A stretch of DNA of 64,000 nucleotides from contig JAWLHR010000002.1 of the NCBI GenBank assembly GCA_041690295.1, positions 96,001-160,000 of the forward strand, in the 5' to 3' direction. The translations under genes and the position numbers were made by a program. Source of the stretch: Bdellovibrionales bacterium (GTDB lineage: Bacteria; Bdellovibrionota; Bdellovibrionia; Bdellovibrionales; UBA1609). The notes under the pieces were generated by a model. The model ran no database searches, was not told the origin of the DNA, and saw only the letters and a program-made list of their open reading frames with translations. Shown in pieces: positions 18,648-27,769 of the stretch (position 1 is its first letter; the number at the start of each line of letters is the position of its first letter).

Positions 18648-19198
18648 GGGCTGTCATGAAATTCGGCTTTTTACTTTGGATCATCGCTCATTCCGCCCTT
18701 AGCCAGGCGGCGACCTACCAAATGCAGCAAGGGCTCGTGGAGTTCGCGGCCTTAGGTAAACCCGCCTTCATCAAAATCAATGGCCGTGGGCAGGGGCTTT
18801 CCGGAGCTGTCACGGAAAGCGAATCCACCCTTAGCGGGGTGATTGAATTTCAGCTGGACACTCTGAATACCGGAATCGACCTTCGCGATGAGCATATGAA
18901 AAAGCGTTATATGCAAACCCATCTCTATCCGAAAGCGGTGTTGCGTTTGATGGGGTTGAACCTTCCCGCGGATTTGGAAAAACCGTTTCCTTTCCAGGGC
19001 CGTCTGGAACTTCGGGATGTCATCAAAGGTATAGAGGGTCTGGCGAGAGTGAAAGCTGAAGGCGACCTTCATCGGATTGAGGCGGAATTTTCCATTAAGA
19101 TTTCCGAATTCGGAATCGACGTTCCGTCTTTTCAAGGAATCACTGTCACCGAAGATGTTAAAATCAAGGTCCACGCCCAGGCGCGGAGGTCTCCATGA
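18644..19198 (+). CDS. YceI family polyisoprenoid-binding protein
   Basis: Signal peptide; LNTGIDLRDEHM, YPKA, SEFGI motifs. Confidence 0.9.
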   Translation: MRAVMKFGFLLWIIAHSALSQAATYQMQQGLVEFAALGKPAFIKINGRGQGLSGAVTESESTLSGVIEFQLDTLNTGIDLRDEHMKKRYMQTHLYPKAVLRLMGLNLPADLEKPFPFQGRLELRDVIKGIEGLARVKAEGDLHRIEAEFSIKISEFGIDVPSFQGITVTEDVKIKVHAQARRSP

Positions 19199-20286
19199 TC
19201 CACCTATTGATCCTGTTCGTCGCCTCGGCGTCATGGGCCTATCTCGAAAACGTCGTTCATGGATACCAGAATTGTCGAGCCTGTCACATATCTCCTAACG
19301 GTGGCGACCTTCTCACCGATTACGGCCGCTCCTTGTCGCGGGAACTTATGAGCACTTGGGGTTGGCGAAACTCGGAACAGGCCCTTTTCGGTGCGCTTCC
19401 GGAAAATGAAAAATTTCGCGCCGGTGGTGATTTCCGCGCGATTCAGACCGCGATCGAGAATCGTCGGATGAGACGCGGTGAGTTCTTCCTCATGCAACAG
19501 AATCTGGAATTGGCTTATCGGCTAGGCAACACATGGCTGGTTTCCACCTTCGGCACTCAAGAGGGGCCGGGCACCGCTCAAGATAAAGGCCGATTCCTTT
19601 CGGAGCGGCACTACGCTTTGATTGAACCTTCGGAACTCACGACCATGAGAGTCGGGAAGTATCGCATCCAATATGGATTGAATGATTCCAATCACACGCG
19701 ATTCATCAAGTCCGAATTGGGTTTCGGTTCACTCAGTGAGACATACAATCTCGAGGTTGGCTTTTCAGGCGAAAAACACGAGTTGTTCCTGACTTCAGGT
19801 TTGGGGCGGTTGGATGAACCGCGGACGGAATCCGAGCGGAGCATAAGCGCGTTTTACGGGTACTCTCTCGGTGGCCAATCGAAAGTCGGGGCCAATGCCT
19901 TATTGGGCGAGGGAACGTCCCAAAGGCGTTTTCTCGGCGGGATCTGGGCGATTCTTGCTCCTTGGCCGAAAACATTATTAATTACGGAACTGGACTTCGA
20001 GCGTGCGCACCGGGCCGCGAATTCAAAAAAGGCGACCGAACGTGCCGCGGGTCTGGTTAAAATCGCTCAATCTGTTCACCGCGGAATTTCCACGTACCTA
20101 GTTTACGAACACTTGCAAGCAGATCTGAAGGATCCTAAGACGGTCGTGACTTCACCGGGAATCGGGGTGCAATGGCTGCCGTTCCCACATTTTGAAGTCC
20201 AAGCGGAAATCCAGAATCGAGTCCATGCGGCACGACCTGATCAAGGCACTGAAATCGGGTGGATTTTGCTTCATTTTTATATCTGA
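19195..20286 (+). CDS. cytochrome c (CxxCH) - beta-barrel fusion, Cyc2-like architecture
   Basis: Signal peptide, CRACHISPNGGDLLTDYGR, then amphipathic beta strands ending LHFYI. Confidence 0.65.
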   Translation: MIHLLILFVASASWAYLENVVHGYQNCRACHISPNGGDLLTDYGRSLSRELMSTWGWRNSEQALFGALPENEKFRAGGDFRAIQTAIENRRMRRGEFFLMQQNLELAYRLGNTWLVSTFGTQEGPGTAQDKGRFLSERHYALIEPSELTTMRVGKYRIQYGLNDSNHTRFIKSELGFGSLSETYNLEVGFSGEKHELFLTSGLGRLDEPRTESERSISAFYGYSLGGQSKVGANALLGEGTSQRRFLGGIWAILAPWPKTLLITELDFERAHRAANSKKATERAAGLVKIAQSVHRGISTYLVYEHLQADLKDPKTVVTSPGIGVQWLPFPHFEVQAEIQNRVHAARPDQGTEIGWILLHFYI

Positions 20287-20314
20287 TCAGCCCGAATTCG
20301 GCTCTAGCTTGGGG

Positions 20315-20439
20315 TCCGACTCATAAAATCGAATCGCGCGCTTCCGGTCCCGGCTCCGGGCAATTGAGATTGAAGTGAATGCCCCGGGATTCCCGGCGCT
20401 GAAGCGCGCAACGAACCGTCAATTGGGCCACCAAGGCGA
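20315..20439 (-). repeat. 125-bp direct repeat copy 1: orphan duplicate of nadB 3' end
   Basis: Identical by eye to 22783-22907, including the nadB stop codon. Confidence 0.95.
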
Positions 20440-20718
20440 CAATCAATTGGCGCGTTTTCACGTCGCTGAAATCTACGTGGTGGTCGTAAAGGATAAGAAC
20501 AGACTTTTTGTCTTCATTCGCGGGACTATAACGGAATCCCATCAACCTTGTCCATTTGCCAACTCACGATGACTCCTGTCAGGAAAAGTCAGGTTGTCAT
20601 AAGTTGCGTGAGGGGTTCTCGGGTATGGCGACCCAGCGGAGGATATTTTGTGCCGCTGAGCGAAGCAACAGTTAGAGAGAATAAGAATTTTCAAACTGAG
20701 TGAAAATTTAATATATTT

Positions 20719-21969
20719 TCAGTCCTTTGAAAGACACTCCACGAGCGCTTTTGCTGAATCAAGGTCCACATCTCTAGCGTCGATGGTGGTGTCGTCTAAT
20801 AAAATATCGAGTGGTGTCTTCTCAGTTCGTTCAACCACTCGATGCCAATCGGGTTTTTCATTCAGGTCGAGTGCTAAAGACGCAAGAGCCGAAAGAACAT
20901 AAGGGCTATCCTGGAATGCAGTTTGTCTAGCAACATCATTCATTAAATTCTGAATCGTTTCGGATCTAATTTTTTCATCTGGAGCCTCACATCCGAGCTT
21001 CATAAGCGCTTGAGTTCTCGCTTCAACAAAATCAGCCGTGCCCTCATCCTTATTGTCGCGAGCGCTCAAAATCATCGGAGCTTCCTTTCTGAACTTGATG
21101 TATGCACCTTTGGCCAACTTTAGGTGCTTTAAAGCTTCGTCTTTGTCGCGACCTTGTTTGTTTTCGATGTATTTAAGCAAGTGAAAAATGAGGCGCTCTG
21201 TGAGCGCATTCGCCAACGGCAGTTTAGTTTGTTTCTCGAAATTCAGTTTCTCGGAATGTACTTTTCTCTTTGGCCAGTCTCTCTGGTGCAGGTGGAAACT
21301 CTCGTGAACACAGAACCCTTCCAGATAGTGGTCCTTCAGTAAGGAGTTCAGTTCAATTTTCTGGAGCGGAATTGATTGAGGGGTTGCGAGAGATGAGCAT
21401 CGCGTGACTTTCTGATTATGGGAGCTGACCCATGATTGATTTCCTATTCTTGTTTTTCGAGCGAAGTCAGAAGCACTTTTGTTAAGAATAAGAAACTCTT
21501 TTCTCTGCTCTCGGGAGTAGAGGGTGGAATATCCTATAAGATCGGCCACCGAACGCTGAAACTCGATGTCGCGTAAGACCTTGGGGGCCGGGCGACATCC
21601 CTTATCCTTCTCCCACAAACAAACGGATGATGTTGTGACATCATAGAAATAGGTTGGAAGGGTTCCAAGTTTAGTGTTTTCTGTCTGCCAGATCCGCTCT
21701 GGGCAAGAAAGGCTGCGTTCAAAAATTGAAACCATATCGTCCGCTTGCTCAGACTCTTTGAAATGGTTCGCGAGAGCCACGAGGTCCTTAAATTCTGCGA
21801 AATGGCCGGACTTGCAACTAGGGGACCTTTCTTGGCCATGCGCAGATGGCATGATCATAAAAGCAATTGAGAAAATGACGAACGCACCTATGAATCTCGC
21901 TCTCTGAAAATGGGAGTGGTGTGGAAACCAAATATGAACTGTGGTCACGCGATGGTCACTCCTAGGCAC
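20719..21969 (-). CDS. secreted gluzincin-type zinc metallopeptidase (start uncertain)
   Basis: Hydrophobic signal ending SAHG; VHESFHLHQ (HExxH) and downstream EGTADFVE third-ligand motif. Confidence 0.65.
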   Translation of the reverse strand: MPRSDHRVTTVHIWFPHHSHFQRARFIGAFVIFSIAFMIMPSAHGQERSPSCKSGHFAEFKDLVALANHFKESEQADDMVSIFERSLSCPERIWQTENTKLGTLPTYFYDVTTSSVCLWEKDKGCRPAPKVLRDIEFQRSVADLIGYSTLYSREQRKEFLILNKSASDFARKTRIGNQSWVSSHNQKVTRCSSLATPQSIPLQKIELNSLLKDHYLEGFCVHESFHLHQRDWPKRKVHSEKLNFEKQTKLPLANALTERLIFHLLKYIENKQGRDKDEALKHLKLAKGAYIKFRKEAPMILSARDNKDEGTADFVEARTQALMKLGCEAPDEKIRSETIQNLMNDVARQTAFQDSPYVLSALASLALDLNEKPDWHRVVERTEKTPLDILLDDTTIDARDVDLDSAKALVECLSKD

Positions 21970-22224
21970 GATGAACTAGATTATACTCGCTCTAACATAT
22001 TTACATCAAGGCAGTAGACGATGATCTGAAGCGCCCAATAACCTATTTCACGACGTTAGTATGTTTGGTTCGCGCGTTTTAGGGCCTCGATACCAGAAAC
22101 CCTTAGTTATCACTCTCTATATCACCGGACGGATCCGGATTCGCGGGTTCACTTTGGGACAACTAAAAATGGCCCTTTGAAAGTTAAAATGAGGCGCAAG
22201 CGAGGCGGGCAAATCACCGAATCC

Positions 22225-22388
22225 GTGAAGCCAACTTGTAGCCAGAATGTAGCCAACTTCTGTGATTGCGCGTGATCAAGCGTGATGCGCTTCAACTGCG
22301 GGATCTCTAAGTGATTGAAACCTTCTGTCTATGATTTTCAGTTCTTACGATTCTTGTTCCCCAAACTTGGGAAATTAATGGCGGAGAG
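22225..22388. other. att-site-like relic: arm-type repeats, IHF-like site, tRNA 3'-end fragment
   Basis: GTGAAGCCAAC/TTGTAGCCAGA/ATGTAGCCAAC (11-bp period); GTGAT x3 at 10-bp period; TAAGTGATTGAAA; TGGCGGAGAG (reverse complement CTCTCCGCCA). Confidence 0.45.
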
Positions 22389-22479
22389 GATTTTAATTTT
22401 ACTAAAAAACCATTTTCCGCCTTTATATCAACTGGGTAACAAAAATCGCACACCTAATTATTAAAAATCACTTAAAAAC

Positions 22480-22782
22480 TTACGGGCGGGGAATGTTTAA
22501 GCAATAGATTCTTGAGTTGGTTATGATCGCAACTTTCTTTTGAGATTTTATTTCCTCGCCCTTGTTGTTGTAAGTTGTGTAGTTAGAAAGAACATCGCCA
22601 TTTTCTACTTTCGCGTTACAAAATCCATTATCGCGATCTGGAATTCCGTGTTCATCAGTTGGATAATTGCAGTAAATCGGAGCCTCAGCATTTGGCCCGA
22701 CCATCAAATCTAAATTGCCGTATTAATGAATAGGACTTATTGTATGCCAACTGGCAAAAAAGTATTTTCCGGCAAATTCATA
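22480..22782 (-). pseudogene. 5'-truncated gene fragment with one in-frame stop
   Basis: Frame reads YEFAGKYFFASWHTISPIH*YGNLDLMVGPN... from the repeat junction to the stop at 22480. Confidence 0.4.
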
Positions 22783-22907
22783 TCCGACTCATAAAATCGA
22801 ATCGCGCGCTTCCGGTCCCGGCTCCGGGCAATTGAGATTGAAGTGAATGCCCCGGGATTCCCGGCGCTGAAGCGCGCAACGAACCGTCAATTGGGCCACC
22901 AAGGCGA
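22783..22907 (-). repeat. 125-bp direct repeat copy 2 (functional nadB 3' end)
   Basis: Identical to 20315-20439. Confidence 0.95.
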
Positions 22908-24354
22908 TGTTTCGAAGTTCCTCGATGTCGGTGTGAGTTTTGAACGAAGAGTAATATTCGCCGATCTCCTGTTGGATCATTTGCAACCGATTGGCGGCGC
23001 GCTGGAGCCGCCGGTCGGTGCGCACGATGCCGACGTAATTCCACATCAATCGGCGGATTTCGTCCCAAATGTGGTGAATAACAATCATCTCGTCGGGGTC
23101 ACTCAACGAGGAATTTCGCCACGGCGGCGGCTCACCGGGTAACTTGAAATCCGAGCGGGTGTTCAGGTAGGTTTCCGCGGCGAGGTGTGACACCGCCAGA
23201 CATTCCAACAAAGAATTCGAGGCCAATCGGTTCGCGCCGTGCAGGCCGGTGCACGCGGTTTCGCCCAAAGCGAAAAGTCCCGGCACGTCCGTGGCTCCGT
23301 TCACATCGGTCAAGACGCCGCCGCAAAGATAATGGGCGGCGGGAACAACAGGTATTGGTTTGGTGGCCATGTCGATTCCGAGATCCAAACATCGTTGATA
23401 AATCTGTGGAAATCTCTTTTTCAGGTAATCCCGGCCTTTGTGAGTGATGTCCAGGTAAACGCATTCGGATCCAGTGCGTTTCATTTCCGCGTCGATCGAA
23501 CGGGCGACAATATCCCGCGGCGCCAGCGAACCCTGTGGAGAATAGTCTTTCATGAAGGCGCGTCCGCGCGAGTCGACCAATTCTCCGCCTTCGCCGCGAA
23601 CGGCTTCTGAAATCAAAAAGTTCCGTTCGTTGGGGTGATATAAACATGTGGGATGGAACTGCATGAACTCCAAGTTGGCCACCCGGCAGCCGGCCCGGTA
23701 AGCCATGGCGATGCCGTCACCGGTGGCCCCGCTCCAGTTGGACGTGTAGAGATAAACTTTTCCCGCTCCACCGGTCGCGAGAAAAGTGGTGTTCGCCAGG
23801 ATGGTTCGTACGTCACCATCCGGCGTCAGAACGTAAGCGCCCACGCAACGGCCCGGGCCAACCGCGCGCGCGTCCAAGTGCCGGGTCAAAATCAATTCGA
23901 GAGCGTAGTGGCGCTCCAAAACGGTAATGTTTTTGTGGGCGAGGACGACTTTTAAAAGATGGGCGTGGATCGCCTCTCCGGTATGATCCGCGACATGTAC
24001 AATCCGTCGGGCGCTGTGGCCGCCTTCCCGCGTGAGTGAAACGCGATCGCCTTCGACATCGAAGTGCACTCCCCAGGATAAGAGATCTTCAATTCGCGCC
24101 GGACCTTGCTCGATGATTCGTCGAACCACCGACTCGTTACACAGTCCCGCTCCGGCATTCAGTGTATCTTGAATGTGACGATCAAAACTGTCGTCTTCGG
24201 ACATCACCGCGGCGATCCCGCCTTGCGCCAAGGCCGAGTTGGCGTGCTTTAGATCCGTCTTGGTGCAAATCACTACCTTGGCGTGATCCGCGACTTTCAA
24301 AGCCAGAACCAACCCAGCCAATCCTGAACCCAAAACGAGAACTTCTGTGTCCAT
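22789..24354 (-). CDS. nadB: L-aspartate oxidase
   Basis: GSGLAG FAD motif, AQGGIAA, EGGHSARR, QFHPT, SEAVRGEG, PAAHYLCGG, HGANRLASNSLLE, RESRGIH. Confidence 0.97.
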   Translation of the reverse strand: MDTEVLVLGSGLAGLVLALKVADHAKVVICTKTDLKHANSALAQGGIAAVMSEDDSFDRHIQDTLNAGAGLCNESVVRRIIEQGPARIEDLLSWGVHFDVEGDRVSLTREGGHSARRIVHVADHTGEAIHAHLLKVVLAHKNITVLERHYALELILTRHLDARAVGPGRCVGAYVLTPDGDVRTILANTTFLATGGAGKVYLYTSNWSGATGDGIAMAYRAGCRVANLEFMQFHPTCLYHPNERNFLISEAVRGEGGELVDSRGRAFMKDYSPQGSLAPRDIVARSIDAEMKRTGSECVYLDITHKGRDYLKKRFPQIYQRCLDLGIDMATKPIPVVPAAHYLCGGVLTDVNGATDVPGLFALGETACTGLHGANRLASNSLLECLAVSHLAAETYLNTRSDFKLPGEPPPWRNSSLSDPDEMIVIHHIWDEIRRLMWNYVGIVRTDRRLQRAANRLQMIQQEIGEYYSSFKTHTDIEELRNIALVAQLTVRCALQRRESRGIHFNLNCPEPGPEARDSIL

Positions 24355-24491
24355 GGTAAGGGGAGTCCTACCATATGCGGCGCGCAGATAAATAGCCCTT
24401 TGTCTGAACCGCGGTTGAACTCTTGCAGTTGGACCCTATCAAGCCCTAGAATAAAGTCAGGGTACCCGCTTAAGGTCCAGGGAAGGAAACC

Positions 24492-26309
24492 ATGCGCAAT
24501 CAATCCTTACGTCTGTTTCTTTACTCTTCTACAGCCCTCGTGGTTTTGACTTTGGTCTGGGGATTCCGAACGATTCCCAAACAAGCGGAGTTGGCCCGCT
24601 CGGCGGTGAAGTCCAGCGTGGAGCAGGAAATTCTCAGTCTGACGAGCGCGGTGCAGGCGAGCACGCAGGCTTTGAAGTATCGGCTGCTGGATGTCCTCAA
24701 GGCCGAAGGCAATGATTATCCCTCCCGCACCTTCCGGCAATCACCCTTCGTGGCCGTGACGTTGTTGGAGTGGTCCGACACCCAGTGGAAGATGCTTTGG
24801 CATTCGAGCAAAACGAAAGCGCAGTTCCAAGCGCAGGATTTTAAAAACTGGATGCTCGAGTGGCCGCTGTCCAAGATCGAACCCGATCAGGTTCACTTCG
24901 TGAAAGTGGGTGACTGGCAAGGTCAGCCTTACTTCGCTATCCTCGCTCCGGTTCGCCGTCCTTCAAACATCCCCATGATCGGCGTGGGAGTTTTCCCGGC
25001 CAATCAATTCGGATTGACGATCACATCGGATCGAATTCGTGACGTTCATGTTTTTGATGACAAAGGTTACGCAATCGCTTTGCGAGATCCCGCCTATCTG
25101 GGTACAGCGCTCAAAGCGGAACCGGCTGTTGAAACCGCGTTGAGTTCCGGTGAGGTTTTCGTCCGTCATGAGTTCAGCGATGGTAAGGGACGCTCATTAC
25201 TGGCCATGGCGATGCGAATGCCGGGGAGCAACCTGACCGCATCGGTGCAGGCGAATCTTAATCCCACGACGCCGTTCAAATTGAAATCATGGTTATTTCT
25301 CATCTTTTCCGCGGCGGCCGCGTGCGCGCTCAATTGGTTGCTTTTTATTTTCCTCAGCCGTCCGGTGAAAATCGAAAACGAGCAATTGCAACGCACCATC
25401 GAGAATTTAAAACGGCAACTTCTGGAGCGTAAGCCAGAAGAACCCGTGATTCAGCCGACGCTGCCGCTGGATTTCGTCGAACCGGAATCTCAAGTGGGAT
25501 TGCCGGCGCCCGAGGCTCTGCGCCAGACTTCGCTGCAACAGGTGGTAACCGCGGCTTTGAAAAGCCTGGATTCGCGAATCAAGGATTCGAATATCCAGGT
25601 CGCTGAAAAAGGTTTACAGTCGGTCTTCATTCAAGGCGATATCCTTCAGCTGCAAACCGCGATCGAGGAAATTCTTAAGAACGCCATCGAGTCCATGCAA
25701 TTCAGTCCCGAGCGCTGGCTGACGATCACGGCCACGCAAGCGGATGGTGAAGTTCGGGTCATCATCGAAGATACGGGCGTGGGGATTTCCAACGAGAACA
25801 TCGAAAAAGTTTTTGATCCGTTCTTTTCGACCAAAGATTCCGAAGGTGTGGCGCGCGGTCTCGGACTGAATGTGGCCCGCAGAGTGATCGAGGAGATGAA
25901 CGGCCGGGTCAGCCTTGAGTCTCACCAGAGCGAGAAGTCCTCCGGCACGACGGTCACCATGGTTTGGCCGCAGGAGACGGCGGTGAGTGAGTCCGTTGAA
26001 GAGGTGTCCGTATCGGCGGCGCCTGCCGAACAAGAGCCCGCCAAACCCGGCGAGGCTCCTGTCAGGGGCGTTGATGAGATGATTCTTGAGTCGGACGACC
26101 AACAAAAGGATGAAATCACCGTCGATAACTCGGCCGAGGAGGCGAGACAGCTTCTGTTCGAAGAGACCATCGCGGCGTCAAAGCCCGTCGGAGCGCCCGA
26201 GCCGGTGATTTCCGATCTGGACTTGTTATCTGAAGAGTATGAAAACGAAAGCTTGAAACTGTGGCCGACGGTGCCCATTCGTAAACCCAAAGTGAGGTCG
26301 CTTGATTGA
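24492..26309 (+). CDS. membrane sensor with HATPase_c domain; no phospho-acceptor His visible
   Basis: Two TM segments around a Cache-like domain; EILKNAIES, DTGVGI, FDPFFSTK, GLGL boxes; acidic tail. Confidence 0.85.
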   Translation: MRNQSLRLFLYSSTALVVLTLVWGFRTIPKQAELARSAVKSSVEQEILSLTSAVQASTQALKYRLLDVLKAEGNDYPSRTFRQSPFVAVTLLEWSDTQWKMLWHSSKTKAQFQAQDFKNWMLEWPLSKIEPDQVHFVKVGDWQGQPYFAILAPVRRPSNIPMIGVGVFPANQFGLTITSDRIRDVHVFDDKGYAIALRDPAYLGTALKAEPAVETALSSGEVFVRHEFSDGKGRSLLAMAMRMPGSNLTASVQANLNPTTPFKLKSWLFLIFSAAAACALNWLLFIFLSRPVKIENEQLQRTIENLKRQLLERKPEEPVIQPTLPLDFVEPESQVGLPAPEALRQTSLQQVVTAALKSLDSRIKDSNIQVAEKGLQSVFIQGDILQLQTAIEEILKNAIESMQFSPERWLTITATQADGEVRVIIEDTGVGISNENIEKVFDPFFSTKDSEGVARGLGLNVARRVIEEMNGRVSLESHQSEKSSGTTVTMVWPQETAVSESVEEVSVSAAPAEQEPAKPGEAPVRGVDEMILESDDQQKDEITVDNSAEEARQLLFEETIAASKPVGAPEPVISDLDLLSEEYENESLKLWPTVPIRKPKVRSLD

Positions 26310-27769
26310 AGATTGAGGAGATTCGCCCGTCCTTCACGGTGTATTTGATCGCGAGCGATCTCGATCAGATGGACGGGATCGCCGAATCCCTCGGATTGGC
26401 CGGCTATATGGTGGCCAGTTTCAGCGAGGTCACCGCCGCGTTTTCCGAATTTCCTTCCAATCCGCCGCATATGCTGGTCTTCAGCGCCACCGAAGATAAA
26501 TTTGATCTGGCCAAGGTTTTCCGCCAGGTGGCGAACCAGCTTCCGGAAAGTCACGTTTTTCTCGCCACTCCCGTGGACAACCGTGAAAAAGCCGTGGCGT
26601 ATTTGGATCACGGTGTCTATGACCTGATTTATCTCCCGGTCAAATCAACCACCGAACTTTTAAAGCCCTTCGACCGTGCGGCCGAGCGGGATTACTTCAT
26701 GTATCTGAACGAGAGATTGGTCGAAGGCGAAAAGGACGCGATCGCCGCGCAGGTCGGCGGCGCTGTGAATTTGGCCACCATTCGTAAGCTCTTTGATCAG
26801 CGAAATCCGGACGACAGTCTCCAGCTTTATTTGCGGGTGGCCTCGGGGCTTTTGGGGAATTGCCCGGCGATTTACTTTAAATTCATCGCCAACCGCCGGG
26901 TGATCATGGCCACGCACGCGGAGGGCATCGAAGATAACAGCTGGCGCGGACTGGGTGTGGACTTCAATGCCAGTGGCGATAATTTTCGAACCGCCCATTT
27001 GCGCGAACCGGCCGCGGTTCCGGAAATCCAACAATTGGTCACCGATGTTTTTAACAAAGACGATTTTGTGGCCTATTGCCTGGAAGTTTTGGGCGAGATT
27101 CAAGGTGTGGCCGTTTTCCTCGGCCCTGAGCCGGACACCGCTCAATCGAAGGTTCTTGAGGACTGGTTGCAATTGGTCACTCGCGCGCTCAGTCAGCAGG
27201 AAGCCGAGCGCCGTCTCCATGTCATGACCGTAAAAGATCCGGCCACGGACCTTCTGAATCGGCAGAATTTTTTAACGAGAGTGAGCCAGGAAATCAGCCG
27301 CGCGCGGAGAACATCGACCGCCTTATCGCTGGCCTTGATGGCCGTCGATCAGTACGGTCAGATCGTCTCGCAAGTCGGACAGGAAGAAGCGCAAGTCATA
27401 TTGCGCATGATCGCGAGAATCATCGAGAAGCATTCGCGCATTAACGATCTCCTCGGCCGCACCGGTTCGGACGAATTCGGACTTTTGCTGCCGCACACGG
27501 GAAGCCGGGGCGCCTTGATCAAAGTGGAACGCCTGCGCAAGATCATCGAATCGGCGGACTTCAGCCGGGTGCTGAAGAGCTTTCCGCAAATCACGGTTTC
27601 CATTGGAGTGGCGGAATATCCCGGCATGGTGAGGGATGCCGACGAGCTGATTCAGCTGGCTGATGAGGCGCTTTTCCAAGTGCGGGAGCAGGGGAATAAG
27701 ACCTGCGTCGCCAAGCCGCCCGACGGATTCGTGGCGGATTTTCAGGTGCAAGACAAAGGGCTGGCGTAA
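26306..27769 (+). CDS. pseudo-receiver + degenerate GGDEF (GSDEF) protein with RxxD I-site, CdgA-like
   Basis: DPATDLLNR, RINDLLGRTGSDEF, ITVSIGVA, LADEALF; N-terminal REC-like fold lacking the phospho-Asp. Confidence 0.85.
   Translation: MKIEEIRPSFTVYLIASDLDQMDGIAESLGLAGYMVASFSEVTAAFSEFPSNPPHMLVFSATEDKFDLAKVFRQVANQLPESHVFLATPVDNREKAVAYLDHGVYDLIYLPVKSTTELLKPFDRAAERDYFMYLNERLVEGEKDAIAAQVGGAVNLATIRKLFDQRNPDDSLQLYLRVASGLLGNCPAIYFKFIANRRVIMATHAEGIEDNSWRGLGVDFNASGDNFRTAHLREPAAVPEIQQLVTDVFNKDDFVAYCLEVLGEIQGVAVFLGPEPDTAQSKVLEDWLQLVTRALSQQEAERRLHVMTVKDPATDLLNRQNFLTRVSQEISRARRTSTALSLALMAVDQYGQIVSQVGQEEAQVILRMIARIIEKHSRINDLLGRTGSDEFGLLLPHTGSRGALIKVERLRKIIESADFSRVLKSFPQITVSIGVAEYPGMVRDADELIQLADEALFQVREQGNKTCVAKPPDGFVADFQVQDKGLA

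Larger units (their letters stand above)
20440..22782. mobile_element. AT-richer genomic islet bounded by the nadB 3' duplication; no integrase
   Basis: Flanking 125-bp direct repeats, compositional shift, gene fragments, att-like motifs. Confidence 0.65.

Noticed and set aside
22330..22460. tRNA gene
   Set aside because: Only a 10-nt 3'-end-like match; no T-loop (GTTCGA) or cloverleaf follows.
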